64,000 bases of DNA from Candidatus Gorgyraea atricola (GCA_030765235.1 JAVCCW010000006.1:1789-65788), one strand, 5' to 3'. Positions 38,003 through 47,678 are shown, numbered from the stretch's first letter. A program made the numbers and translations. The notes: generated from the letters alone by a model not told the origin.

Positions 38003-38893
38003 CTACTTAAGCCTGGCCAAATATCTAAACACGCCAAGCAAGGCCTTTGCCCCTTCCCCTGCGGCAATTATAATCTGCTTCTCAGGAACATCAGTAACAT
38101 CTCCTGCGGCAAATACGCCTGGGACATTAGTACGATTATAGCTATCGACTTTTATCTCTCCCTGCTTATTTTTTTCTATTGCCTCTACAAATGAAGAATT
38201 CGGTACAAGGCCTATCTCTACAAATATCCCCTGTACAGGAATTGTCTCTTTCCCTATCTTAACACCTGTCACCATTTTGTCACCTAAAACAGCGCTGACC
38301 TGGCTATTATTTAAAATAGTGACTTTATCGCTATTCTTTAATTTTTCCTGCATTATAGGATCGCCTGTCAGGCTATCCGTGATATTTATCATGTGCACGT
38401 GTTTTGCTATATTCACTAATTGCAATGCTGCATCAAGCGCTGAGTTCCCACCGCCTATAACCGCAACGTCTTTGCCTGAAAACAAAGGGCCATCGCATGT
38501 TGCGCAATACGTAAGGCCTTTATTCTTAAACTCTTTTTCACCTGGCACACCTAATTCTCTTGAGCGTTTGCCTGAGGCAATTATAGCTGTTTTTGTCTCA
38601 TATTTAGCCTTGTTCGTCTTGACATGGATTAAATTGTCTCTTTTTGTAAGCTCAACAACCTCTTCATTTTCCTTTAAAGGGATATTGTATCGCTTCATAT
38701 GTTCTTCAAACTTAGACGCAAGGTCAGGACCTGTTACGAATTGATAGCCAGTATAATTTTCTATATCTCCACTCCAGGCAGTCTGCCCTCCAATATCTTT
38801 TGAGATGACAATAAAATTCATTTTTTTTCGCGCAGCATAGACAACTGCAGTTATTCCTGCTGGTCCTGCGCCGACAATGATCAGATCAAGCAT
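38003..38893 (-). CDS. Thioredoxin reductase/AhpF-like FAD disulfide oxidoreductase
   Basis: GAGPAG, CATCDG, GGGNSA, FAAGD, QIIIAAGEG. Confidence 0.9.
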   Translation of the reverse strand: MLDLIIVGAGPAGITAVVYAARKKMNFIVISKDIGGQTAWSGDIENYTGYQFVTGPDLASKFEEHMKRYNIPLKENEEVVELTKRDNLIHVKTNKAKYETKTAIIASGKRSRELGVPGEKEFKNKGLTYCATCDGPLFSGKDVAVIGGGNSALDAALQLVNIAKHVHMINITDSLTGDPIMQEKLKNSDKVTILNNSQVSAVLGDKMVTGVKIGKETIPVQGIFVEIGLVPNSSFVEAIEKNKQGEIKVDSYNRTNVPGVFAAGDVTDVPEKQIIIAAGEGAKALLGVFRYLARLK

Positions 38894-39367
38894 CTATTTA
38901 TCTCCATGTCTTATATGATGTGGCGTCAGATCGACTATTTCTCCTACTTCCACAGCTATCAAATATTCTGGCTTGGGCAAAAGTGCCTCTGGATGGCGAG
39001 GGTGGCCTTTCTGCCCCTGGATATTTTTGAGAAGCCTAAGGGATATTCTCTTTGTAATCTTTTCTTCCCATTTTTTTACAGTATCAGAGTGTATGTCTTT
39101 TTCCTTGACCATCTTTGCCACACCCTTTAAGCAATACCCTATAAACTTATGCTCATCAACAGCTGTTATGCTAATATGCGGGTTTTGCTTTAGGTTTTCG
39201 TAGGTCCTTTCTTTATAGACATCGAGTAGATACACCTTTCCTTCTTCTTCTATATCCACTATGCCTTTACAGGAATTGTGCGGACAGCCTTTCTCATCTA
39301 TGGTTGTAACAATAGTGTAAGGCTGTTTATGAAAAAAACTTATTATGCCCTGATTTAATTTTTTCAT
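38894..39367 (-). CDS. Pyridoxamine 5'-phosphate oxidase-family FMN-binding protein
   Basis: T.D..G.P...K, T..NL..NP.I, GY.LKG.A. Confidence 0.8.
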   Translation of the reverse strand: MKKLNQGIISFFHKQPYTIVTTIDEKGCPHNSCKGIVDIEEEGKVYLLDVYKERTYENLKQNPHISITAVDEHKFIGYCLKGVAKMVKEKDIHSDTVKKWEEKITKRISLRLLKNIQGQKGHPRHPEALLPKPEYLIAVEVGEIVDLTPHHIRHGDK

Positions 39368-39741
39368 GCAATTTCCTTAGAGCCCTGCCATAAGCCATGT
39401 ATATTACAGTAAGAAGAGGCCAGAATAGTCCCTGGTTTTCCTGTTTTAAGCTTTAAGATTACTTCAGGATCAGTGTAGACTGTGCTTGTATCTGGTCCCT
39501 GGCCTGATTCTCCGTGGGATGAGAATTCAAACCTCCCGACTTCATAAGGAGATTTCTCACCCTTAGGAAGAAAATACACCTCTATCCAACGTATATGATG
39601 GGCGGTAGTATTGGGATGCGCGATCTCTTTACCCACAGTCACTGTAATAGAAAGTGGCTTATCCTTGGTTATCTCGATTACTGGTACATGCTTTTCCTTT
39701 TTCCAATCAGCAGCCTGGAATAGATCCTTAAGTTCAGACAT
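39364..39741 (-). CDS. Superoxide reductase (1Fe, neelaredoxin-type)
   Basis: EKHVP, HPNT..HHI.WI, YCNIHGLW. Confidence 0.92.
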   Translation of the reverse strand: MSELKDLFQAADWKKEKHVPVIEITKDKPLSITVTVGKEIAHPNTTAHHIRWIEVYFLPKGEKSPYEVGRFEFSSHGESGQGPDTSTVYTDPEVILKLKTGKPGTILASSYCNIHGLWQGSKEIA

Positions 39742-39749
39742 AAAACCTC

Positions 39750-40175
39750 CTATTTTTTTATAAAATCTACGTATATTGCCAATGCCAGAGCCAGCGCAGA
39801 TGAAACAAATATAAAAAAGTAATTTATCTTGTCCTTCTTTGAGCTTAATTTACAAATTATAGTACCCAATACATCAAGGTCGTGTTCTGAAAGTTCTTTC
39901 TTATTGAGCAATTTATCTTTTAACCCTGTATTATCCAATTCCCTGTGTAAAACTTGATCGTACCTGAACTTGTAGACAAAAAATATAAAAAACCCAACTA
40001 CACCTATATACCACAGTGCCTTGGCAAAGACTGGATTAACATCTAAAACCAGATTCACTGCCCTCAAAGATATTACAGCAATAAGCGCAATAAAGAAAAG
40101 CACCCACGATACTGCAGACTCCTTACACGTCTTCAGCTTAAAACAATCATAACATACAAATTTGTTGTCTTTCAT
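39750..40175 (-). CDS. Hypothetical three-TM membrane protein with N-terminal Cys motif
   Basis: CYDC....C, three hydrophobic segments; first gene after TTGACT-17-TATCAT. Confidence 0.7.
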   Translation of the reverse strand: MKDNKFVCYDCFKLKTCKESAVSWVLFFIALIAVISLRAVNLVLDVNPVFAKALWYIGVVGFFIFFVYKFRYDQVLHRELDNTGLKDKLLNKKELSEHDLDVLGTIICKLSSKKDKINYFFIFVSSALALALAIYVDFIKK

Positions 40176-40241
40176 GGTGTATATATGATACTACTGTGGG
40201 CTTATTGAGTCAAGGTAAGGAAGGGATTTTAACTCGTAGTA

Positions 40242-40267
40242 GTAGGCCAGGTTTAAACCTGGCCTAC
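40242..40267. repeat. GTAG-type REP-like palindrome, copy 2
   Basis: Identical 26-mer GTAGGCCAGGTTTAAACCTGGCCTAC. Confidence 0.85.
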
Positions 40268-40303
40268 AAAAAAAGTGAGGGCAAGATAAAGCGTAAGGCA
40301 CGT

Positions 40304-40600
40304 TTAAACTAAAAACCGCCTTATCTGGTCGTGGCTACCTGCTAATGTCGCTATGCACCTATTGCCTTCCTTATTAATTATAACACGAATATTCTTTTCA
40401 ACACCAGCTTCGTAATAAGAGTCTCTTAATTTCTTATAGAAAAAATTAGAAGCTTTTCTTTGAGCTTCCAATAAATTGCACCCTGTAGAATAATAAACAT
40501 CCAAGGCCTCTAAGATTAATCCGACTACCTTTTTTTGCTCTGAACCTAAGCGTTTGGTGCTTCTATTAAAAGATGGTCTATAATAAAGCTCGTATGGCAC
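40304..40600 (-). CDS. RelE/ParE-superfamily toxin
   Basis: Y..SF.RS.KRL, KKL...YYEA.V...IRVI, GSHDQI; abuts the antitoxin stop. Confidence 0.7.
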   Translation of the reverse strand: MPYELYYRPSFNRSTKRLGSEQKKVVGLILEALDVYYSTGCNLLEAQRKASNFFYKKLRDSYYEAGVEKNIRVIINKEGNRCIATLAGSHDQIRRFLV

Positions 40601-40855
40601 TTATTTTCCTCTTTTAAGGCTGTCTATCTGCTTCTTTGTAATTCTTTTTTCTTTGCCTTTTTCTTTCTTTGAAAGAGCTTCCAGCTTTTCATAAACATCA
40701 TCAGAGAATTCAACCCTTCTTACCTCGAGTGGAACGAGCTCAATCTTATCATCAGCGACCTCCACCTCAAACATAGCCCCTTTTTTAAGCTTGAGCACGT
40801 CTGTTATCTTCTTAGGTATTGTTATTTGATTTTTCGCTGTCATAGTAACTGTCAT
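40601..40855 (-). CDS. AbrB/MazE/SpoVT-family antitoxin
   Basis: Start refined to MTVTMTAKNQITIPK...L.LK.G..FEV.....IELVP. Confidence 0.85.
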   Translation of the reverse strand: MTVTMTAKNQITIPKKITDVLKLKKGAMFEVEVADDKIELVPLEVRRVEFSDDVYEKLEALSKKEKGKEKRITKKQIDSLKRGK

Positions 40856-40874
40856 TTTCCTCACCTCCCAATAT

Positions 40875-40930
40875 AAGTATACCATAAAGTAAGGAATTCG
40901 TCAATATAGAAAGTAAGGAATTAAGGAAAA
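40875..40930 (-). promoter_or_regulatory. TA promoter with direct-repeat operator
   Basis: TTGACG-17-TATACT; AAGTAAGGAATT twice plus TAAGGAA around the -35 and spacer. Confidence 0.7.
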
Positions 40931-41112
40931 CTAAATCTGTGCCCTCTCTTATATAAGACACATCAGAAGGCGATTTTCTTTCAATTATTTTAGGAAATTT
41001 AAAAATCGGGAGGGATTTTAAGTGATAGGGTGTACCCAAATAGGACGTCTACTATTTCGTCCAAATAGGACGTCGCCGCTTGTCACGCTTGTGTGCTTGT
41101 CACTTGTATTTG

Positions 41113-44100
41113 CTATATTTCCTCTTTCAAGTTTTTCCTTCCACGCATAGTCTTTTCTATCTTCTTTATACCGATTGTCAAAAAATTGACACTATCTAGT
41201 TTCTTTTTGGCTATCTCTCCAATCTCACCATATTCTGCTCCAGTAAGACGCTTTAGTGCCTCTAGCGCTGAAGATGTCCCCATAGAGACAAGCGCATCTG
41301 GAATATTGCTTCTGATTCCTACGCCAATCTCTCCATCCGAGACTATTTTTTCAATAAAATCAACAGCGCCGTCAGTCCCTAAGGTTTTTAGAACGTCAAT
41401 AAAACCAATCAATAAAAAGTACCTACGTCCAAAGCCTCCATCTTCTTCTTTTTTCAATCCTTTAATCCAGTCGTATAATTTATATAATTCAGGCAATGCT
41501 ACATCTTCTCCTAAGTAACCTATTAAAGAAATGGCTTTTTGCCCAGAACCAGCATCCTGTTTCTTGATAATCTTTACCAAAATCTTTAAAACATTTTGTT
41601 TTTGTGGAATCTCTTTTGTCAAATAATAGGCTCTATTTTTAAGCGCCTCAATCCTTATACCTTTAGGAGCTTTTTCGTCGAGAAAGATATTTAAGTATAC
41701 ATCCTCTGCAATCTCTTTGCTGATATTTCCTATGGAATCGAGTGCGGTCTGAGCTATAGATTTATGTTGGGTTTTACCACATGCAACATTAACCAATGCA
41801 TCTATTGCCCCTGGATCTTTTAGTTTCTCAAGGGCTTTTATCGCGCGCAATTTAACTGTCCATTTAGCATCAGGATCGGTCAGGGCCTCGACTAATGTAC
41901 TAAAATATTTTTCGGGAGATTTCTCTATCTGCCAAAATGGTACTCTTTTGTATATAAGAGGATGCCTAACCTTTTTTATAAATAAATCTGAAGAATCCAA
42001 AAGCTCCTCAGGCCCTGAAATGATTTCAAAGCCGCCTCCATCACCCTTAAAAAGCCTGCCGGCATCCTCAAAAAGCTTAATCAACTCTATTCTAACAGTG
42101 TAGCCAATATGATATAACTGAACACAGTCTAACTTCGCAACTCTATACAATTCACTCGCAACCCTGTCCGCGTTAATATAGTGCCATATTTCAAAATTTC
42201 TGAAATCACGACCTGCTTCCTCTCCTAGTTCTATTACAAAATCTAACACGCTAATGCCTATGATATAATCGAACGTCTCATCACTAAAAGGCAGCTGTGT
42301 AATACTTCCCCTGCGAATAGGCACTCCATAATCTTGTTTTGCCACTCTTAGCGCGCGCCAATTTATATCACATGCTGTTAGATCAGCATCATATTTTGTT
42401 CGCAGGTGGTGACAGAAAAACGACTCCCACCCAGGTGCCAATTCAAGCCCTTTTCTTTTTCTATTGAAAAAATTTCTCAAAAATTCGTCAACCGCTTTAT
42501 CTCCATTTGAATCTATGCCGTTTATACGACAAAATTCTTGTATGGTACTAAAAGAGAGAGGACTTATCCTCTTCCCTATTAGTTGACCATCTGCATTATA
42601 TGTACGATACCACTTATCATATTCATCCACAGGCATTAATTTAAATTCTTCCTGAAGCCATAACTCTATTTCCTGCTGCGACCCGCTTAGCAAAACATCA
42701 GGACATGATTCATACTCCAATAACCTGAACGATATCCATTCATAAAAATTCATCCTGTCTGTATAGTTGTCGACTTCTATCTTGCCAATTTTTTTCTTAA
42801 CGTTATTAGGTAGAGAATCTCCGACCGACTTTATCGCAGTTAATATTACTGGTACTCTTTGATCTAACTCAGGATGAATATCAAAAAACTCGATAAAATC
42901 AGGATATAACCTCTTTATGAAAAAACCTCGCCAGTTCTTTTTAATGGTCGGTATTATTTTCTCCGAGAAGATTCTCTTGTCTTCAACGAGAGCGGAAACG
43001 CCTTGCTCAAACAGATAAAACCGGGGATGTTTTTCTAGCGGGTGTTGCGTGGGAGTAAAGTGCAGATTTCCGGAAGACTCAATCCAGCCTCGACGCTCTA
43101 AAAACCTTAAAAAACTTTTAGGATCATCAGGATCGCGTTTACGTCCTTTATCTATATAGACCTCTGCGCCAATTACATTTCTGATAATCTTGTCTAAGCT
43201 AAAAGACTCGCCGATTTCAAAGTCCCTCCTAATATACTTGAATAGCTCATAAAAATCTATGAACCGTTCAACAAGATAAGGGGTTTGAACAAATAGCTTT
43301 ATCATCTCCTGTAGTAAATCAGGGTCCCGGGCAGGCAAATTGAGTTTTATAGTGGTAAGGCCTCTTGCTTTTATTAAATCAACTGTCTCTTTTTCGCGAG
43401 ATATTTTCCCGAATTCTGACATGCGGTACTCAAGAAACTTGCGTGCCGTACCGTAGTTATTTCTTCCATCTAACTCGTAAGTAACTAAATCTCTCAAGAA
43501 AAGGGAGGCCTCGGGCTTTATTCTGTAAATCCTAGCCTTTACAGGCTTATTTTTTGCAAAGCATAAAAATGCTCGGTGCGTACCTTGAAAAATAAAATAC
43601 TTCCCATTACCTAAATCTAAAACATCTATGCAATGGTCTTCTGTATCAGTAAAGACTTCTATAGTTTGACCAGTTTCATCTAGCATCCTTAACATATCTA
43701 TTAACTGCAATATGGCAGGAGGATGCATAAATATAGCTTTATTACGCGATATGTGTTTATATTCGTCTGTAATCTCCCATAATTTTTCTTCATCAGGCAT
43801 CTCTTTTGCTTTAGCAGTGTAGCCAGCCATACCTTCTTTTAATGGCTCTTTTCCCTGAAATTTATATTGACGGCTCAATAGATGCCCCTCTGTGGTACTG
43901 GAGAAACTCCCGCATTCTCCAAAAACATGCATCGGCAAATACAGCTTCCAGTCAAGCAGTAGCCTTTTATTGCCTAACCTGAATCCGACACCGTCATCCG
44001 TAGCCTCGTATTTAACTGCAGAGATATTGGATGATATTTTATCTTTTAGGGCTTCTAGTCTACTCTTCTCTTCTCCTATACCTGCGGACAGAGGCTTCCT

Positions 44101-44193
44101 GAGACTAGTACCTGTTGCTGTATTAGCCAACAACAACAGGCCTATCGCAATCACCAAGACCCTTAAATTACACCCTTTTCTAATCATTCTCAT
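41113..44193 (-). CDS. Large exported multidomain protein (ParB/Srx-like motif, class I SAM methyltransferase, HEAT repeats)
   Basis: Signal peptide; YFIFQGTHRA; GLELAPG..TACDIN..GSITQLPFSDETFDYI; repeated AIKAL.KL.D..A..AL units. Confidence 0.7.
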   Translation of the reverse strand: MRMIRKGCNLRVLVIAIGLLLLANTATGTSLRKPLSAGIGEEKSRLEALKDKISSNISAVKYEATDDGVGFRLGNKRLLLDWKLYLPMHVFGECGSFSSTTEGHLLSRQYKFQGKEPLKEGMAGYTAKAKEMPDEEKLWEITDEYKHISRNKAIFMHPPAILQLIDMLRMLDETGQTIEVFTDTEDHCIDVLDLGNGKYFIFQGTHRAFLCFAKNKPVKARIYRIKPEASLFLRDLVTYELDGRNNYGTARKFLEYRMSEFGKISREKETVDLIKARGLTTIKLNLPARDPDLLQEMIKLFVQTPYLVERFIDFYELFKYIRRDFEIGESFSLDKIIRNVIGAEVYIDKGRKRDPDDPKSFLRFLERRGWIESSGNLHFTPTQHPLEKHPRFYLFEQGVSALVEDKRIFSEKIIPTIKKNWRGFFIKRLYPDFIEFFDIHPELDQRVPVILTAIKSVGDSLPNNVKKKIGKIEVDNYTDRMNFYEWISFRLLEYESCPDVLLSGSQQEIELWLQEEFKLMPVDEYDKWYRTYNADGQLIGKRISPLSFSTIQEFCRINGIDSNGDKAVDEFLRNFFNRKRKGLELAPGWESFFCHHLRTKYDADLTACDINWRALRVAKQDYGVPIRRGSITQLPFSDETFDYIIGISVLDFVIELGEEAGRDFRNFEIWHYINADRVASELYRVAKLDCVQLYHIGYTVRIELIKLFEDAGRLFKGDGGGFEIISGPEELLDSSDLFIKKVRHPLIYKRVPFWQIEKSPEKYFSTLVEALTDPDAKWTVKLRAIKALEKLKDPGAIDALVNVACGKTQHKSIAQTALDSIGNISKEIAEDVYLNIFLDEKAPKGIRIEALKNRAYYLTKEIPQKQNVLKILVKIIKKQDAGSGQKAISLIGYLGEDVALPELYKLYDWIKGLKKEEDGGFGRRYFLLIGFIDVLKTLGTDGAVDFIEKIVSDGEIGVGIRSNIPDALVSMGTSSALEALKRLTGAEYGEIGEIAKKKLDSVNFLTIGIKKIEKTMRGRKNLKEEI

Positions 44194-44319
44194 AATCTAC
44201 CCAAAAAAATAGCCTCTGCCTGTCTCATAAGGCTATATTGCTCCTATGTTTATTGTAATGTAATTATACCATATAAATAGGCCTTTGGGAAGAGCTTTTT
44301 TAGGCAATTTTTAGGTAAT

Positions 44320-45312
44320 TTAAAATATTGCATTTGCCAACATTCCGAGGGCTATTACTTGGGGTACTGTGATTATTGGGAGCCATATTGCTACGCGCTT
44401 GCCTACATTGACCCATAAAAGGCCTATTTCTGTATAATCTGTTACTACGCCTGCCATCAGGAATACGAATGCGTTTCCAAACGCGCCTGTTTGTCTGTAT
44501 ATCTCGAATGCTAATGGAGCTGTGCCTTCTGAGCATACCTCCATAATCGTCGCCACTATAAGAGTCACGATCAAGCCCATAAACGTAGGCCCCATATAAT
44601 TCTGAAAGATATTATGCGGCATATACGCGCCTACTAAGCTCGCGAGACCGATACCTGCTAATATCCACCACAGAATCATATTGGCAAGTGATAGCGCGCC
44701 TTTATATATGCCTTTTATATCATTCATTGAGAACTTATATGATGAAGATCTATTTTTTATATCATGCGCAACAGAAAATCCCACTTTTGTCTCTACGCTA
44801 TTTTTATTTGTCTCTATGAGGCCTTTTGCTTGCAGCACCTGAAAGATGAGTCCCGTAGTTATTGCAATAATAATCGCGCACAAAACTATATAAAGCGCCT
44901 TTATACCAAAAAATGCCATGAGCATTATTGTAAGTGGCAGATTTGCCCAAGGGCTTGCTAAAAGAAACGCCACGACCGCGGGATTCGACGCGCCTTTTTT
45001 GTGTAACTGAATGGATAGCGCAAGTATGCCGTGACTGCAGGCGCTCATAAAGAATCCAAGTATTACTGAATAGAGTATCGTCCTTTTCTTGGGGCTAGCC
45101 AGTATATGCGAGATATATTTTCTAGGGATAAAATGATCTATCACGCCGCCTAAAAACAGGCCTAAAAGAATCGCCCACCAGATCCTGTGTACATACATAA
45201 AAAAGGCGTCTCTAAAAGGTTCTAGGATGCATAAAATTCCTAAAATAGCTGCGATAATGACTATTTTATTCTTATACCATTTAGTTTTTTGGCAATGCTC
45301 ACAACTATCCAT
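44320..45312 (-). CDS. ArsP/DUF318-family permease
   Basis: SACSHG, AFLLASP, EVCSEG..P, FLMAG..TD.TE. Confidence 0.85.
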   Translation of the reverse strand: MDSCEHCQKTKWYKNKIVIIAAILGILCILEPFRDAFFMYVHRIWWAILLGLFLGGVIDHFIPRKYISHILASPKKRTILYSVILGFFMSACSHGILALSIQLHKKGASNPAVVAFLLASPWANLPLTIMLMAFFGIKALYIVLCAIIIAITTGLIFQVLQAKGLIETNKNSVETKVGFSVAHDIKNRSSSYKFSMNDIKGIYKGALSLANMILWWILAGIGLASLVGAYMPHNIFQNYMGPTFMGLIVTLIVATIMEVCSEGTAPLAFEIYRQTGAFGNAFVFLMAGVVTDYTEIGLLWVNVGKRVAIWLPIITVPQVIALGMLANAIF

Positions 45313-45351
45313 CTCTACTCCGTGCTAACTTTGCTCTGTCCCTCTGTAGTA

Positions 45352-45377
45352 GTAGGCCAGGTTTAAACCTGGCCTAC
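45352..45377. repeat. GTAG-type REP-like palindrome, copy 3
   Basis: Identical 26-mer, flanked by CCTCTGTAG..CTACAGAGG. Confidence 0.85.
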
Positions 45378-45390
45378 AGAGGGGCGTAAG

Positions 45391-46308
45391 TTAGTTATAT
45401 GCTATGCCTTTTAGTTCTTCCACGTAGTGCTGGGCTGAGAATGCTGCTGTGGCGCCGTCTCCGCATGCAGTGATTACCTGGCGCAGGAGTTTTTTGCGGC
45501 AATCGCCACAGGCAAAGATCCCATTCTTAGAAGTCTTCATGTCATCATCTGCCAAGATGTAGCCAGGTTTATCTAATTTAACCAGGCCTTTAACAAAATC
45601 TGTATTTGGTATATAACCGACAAAGATAAAAACACCTTCGCATGAAATTTCAGAGCCTTTATCAGTCCTAACGCCCCGGACCCTATCGTCCCCTAAAATC
45701 TCAACAACATTTGATTCCCAGATAAATTCGATTTTTTTATTAGACAGCGCCCGCTCCTGGAGGATCTTTGTTGCCCTTAAACGATCGCGGCGATGCACCA
45801 CTTTAACCTTTTTAACGAATTTAGTAAGAAATATCGCCTCCTCTATAGAAGTATCCCCTCCGCCCACAAGCACTACTTCTTTATCCTTATAAAGCGCGCC
45901 GTCGCATGTAGCGCAATAAGAAACACCTTTTCCCTGAAATTTCTCCTCGCCAGCTACGCCTAACTTCTTTGGCCTTGCGCCAGACGCGACAATAACTGAA
46001 AAAGATGAAATTGGTTTACCTTCGACCTCAACCCTCCAACCCTTAGAATCCTTTTCTATTCTTTTCACGTTGCCAGTCCTAAGTTCTGTCCCAAATTTCT
46101 GAGCCTGTTTTTTAAATTTCTCTACCAGCTCAAACCCATTGACCCCATCTATAAAACCAGGATAATTTTCTATAGAGTCTGTAATTATTGCCTGGCCAGG
46201 CACTGAGAAGCTTTCTATTAATAATGTCTTCAGCCTCGCCCTGGAAGTATATAAAGCTGCGGTAAGACCAGCTGGCCCGCCGCCTATAATCACTATATCA
46301 TAATCCAT
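45391..46308 (-). CDS. trxB: Thioredoxin-disulfide reductase
   Basis: Start refined to MDYDIV; GGGPAGL, ENYPG, CATCDG, GGGDT, HRRD, RQVITA.GDG. Confidence 0.95.
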   Translation of the reverse strand: MDYDIVIIGGGPAGLTAALYTSRARLKTLLIESFSVPGQAIITDSIENYPGFIDGVNGFELVEKFKKQAQKFGTELRTGNVKRIEKDSKGWRVEVEGKPISSFSVIVASGARPKKLGVAGEEKFQGKGVSYCATCDGALYKDKEVVLVGGGDTSIEEAIFLTKFVKKVKVVHRRDRLRATKILQERALSNKKIEFIWESNVVEILGDDRVRGVRTDKGSEISCEGVFIFVGYIPNTDFVKGLVKLDKPGYILADDDMKTSKNGIFACGDCRKKLLRQVITACGDGATAAFSAQHYVEELKGIAYN

Positions 46309-46312
46309 AATA

Positions 46313-46942
46313 TCACCTTTCTCCAAAAATTTTTGTCCCCACTCTGACAATATTCGCGCCTTCTTCAATAGCTATTTTATAAGAATTGCTCATACCCATT
46401 GAAAGATACTTCAAAGTCTTTATTTTCTCGAATATCTTTTTTGTCTCAATAAAATACGGCCTTGCGTCTTCAGGGTCTCCAGATAAAGGCCCCATTGTCA
46501 TAAGGCCTACTACTTTTATATTCTTTAATTGCGAGACATTTTTTATTAACTCCTCTACATTTTCTGGAAAAACGCCGAATTTCTGTTTTTCCCTGCCGCT
46601 ATTTACTTCTATCAAAACAGGCATTATCTTTTTTTCCCTGGAACACGCCTTATCTAACTCCTCTGCAAGCTCCAGAGAATCAACTGTCTCTATCATATCA
46701 AAGATCCTTACAGCCTTTTTAATCTTATTTTTCTGTAGATGCCCGATAAAATGCCACTTTGCTTTATTGCCTATGACCTGGAATGCTGCTTCAGCCTCCT
46801 GCACATAATTCTCGCCTATGATCTTTACATCAGCATTAATTGCCTCAAGGATCTCTTCAGGCGTCCTTGTCTTGCACGCAGCCTCTAATTCCACGCCCTC
46901 TGGCAACTCCTGCAATATCTTTTCTACGTTTTCCTTAATCAT
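46313..46942 (-). CDS. yggS: YggS-family PLP homeostasis protein
   Basis: A.KT, GENYVQE, WHFIGHLQ.NK, LSMGMS, VRVGT.IFG. Confidence 0.95.
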   Translation of the reverse strand: MIKENVEKILQELPEGVELEAACKTRTPEEILEAINADVKIIGENYVQEAEAAFQVIGNKAKWHFIGHLQKNKIKKAVRIFDMIETVDSLELAEELDKACSREKKIMPVLIEVNSGREKQKFGVFPENVEELIKNVSQLKNIKVVGLMTMGPLSGDPEDARPYFIETKKIFEKIKTLKYLSMGMSNSYKIAIEEGANIVRVGTKIFGER

Positions 46943-47648
46943 AAACTGAAACGACACTCATCCCATTGAAATGTAATTTTATGGCGTCTATCTCTTTTTT
47001 GGATAACGGCTTTATATCGCACGGCCTTAGGGGGGTATTTATCTGCACCTCGTCAGGATCTATATCCTTTGCTAATCTTGCAATCTCTTCAGCAAGGCCT
47101 TTATTTGCTTCTATAAACATGATCTGTAGGGCCAATTTACCTTTATATTTAGACTTGAATTCTTTTATGCCTTTTAATACTTTATTTAATTCTACCCCTT
47201 TTAGCGGCTGATTTATCTTAAGAAATAACTCCTTAGAAGGACTGTCCAGCTTTAACATTACAAAATCCGCAAGAGCCAAATCGTCCTGCACATCTTTTTT
47301 ATCAATTAATGAGGCGTTTGTTATAACTGCTGTCTTTTCATCTCTGATCTTTCTTATTTCTCTGATAACTTCTCCTAAATTCTTGGCAAGTGTGGGTTCG
47401 CCTCTTCCTGAAAAAGTAATATAATCTATTTCCAGAGGCGGAAAAGACTTTATCTCCCCTACAATCTCTTCTGTGGGAACAAAAATCTCCCTTTTATCGC
47501 TAAAAGTAGCTATCTTCCCGACCTGGCAATACACGCAATCAAATGTGCAGATTTTATCATCCCCGGAAATAAGATCCACCCCCAGTGATCTACCCAATCT
47601 CCATGAATCTACAGGCCCATAGATATATTTATATTTTTTATCTGTCAT
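46935..47648 (-). CDS. Radical SAM protein (COG0731-type)
   Basis: YGPV.SWRLGRSLGVD, CTFDCVYCQ, TFSG.GEPTL. Confidence 0.88.
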   Translation of the reverse strand: MTDKKYKYIYGPVDSWRLGRSLGVDLISGDDKICTFDCVYCQVGKIATFSDKREIFVPTEEIVGEIKSFPPLEIDYITFSGRGEPTLAKNLGEVIREIRKIRDEKTAVITNASLIDKKDVQDDLALADFVMLKLDSPSKELFLKINQPLKGVELNKVLKGIKEFKSKYKGKLALQIMFIEANKGLAEEIARLAKDIDPDEVQINTPLRPCDIKPLSKKEIDAIKLHFNGMSVVSVYD

Positions 47649-47678
47649 ATTAGTTTAGATATTGCGCAATGGAGGGAG

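Noticed and set aside
40304-44193. Possible prophage or integrative element around the TA pair
   Set aside because: No integrase, transposase, tRNA attachment site or phage gene was seen
44300-44536. 78-aa alternative-frame ORF, also 40812-41039 and the many antisense ORFs in the track
   Set aside because: They overlap well-supported genes or promoters and show no motifs or SD
12813-45377. Repeated 26-bp palindromes as possible CRISPR repeats
   Set aside because: Dispersed kilobases apart, with no spacers and no cas genes
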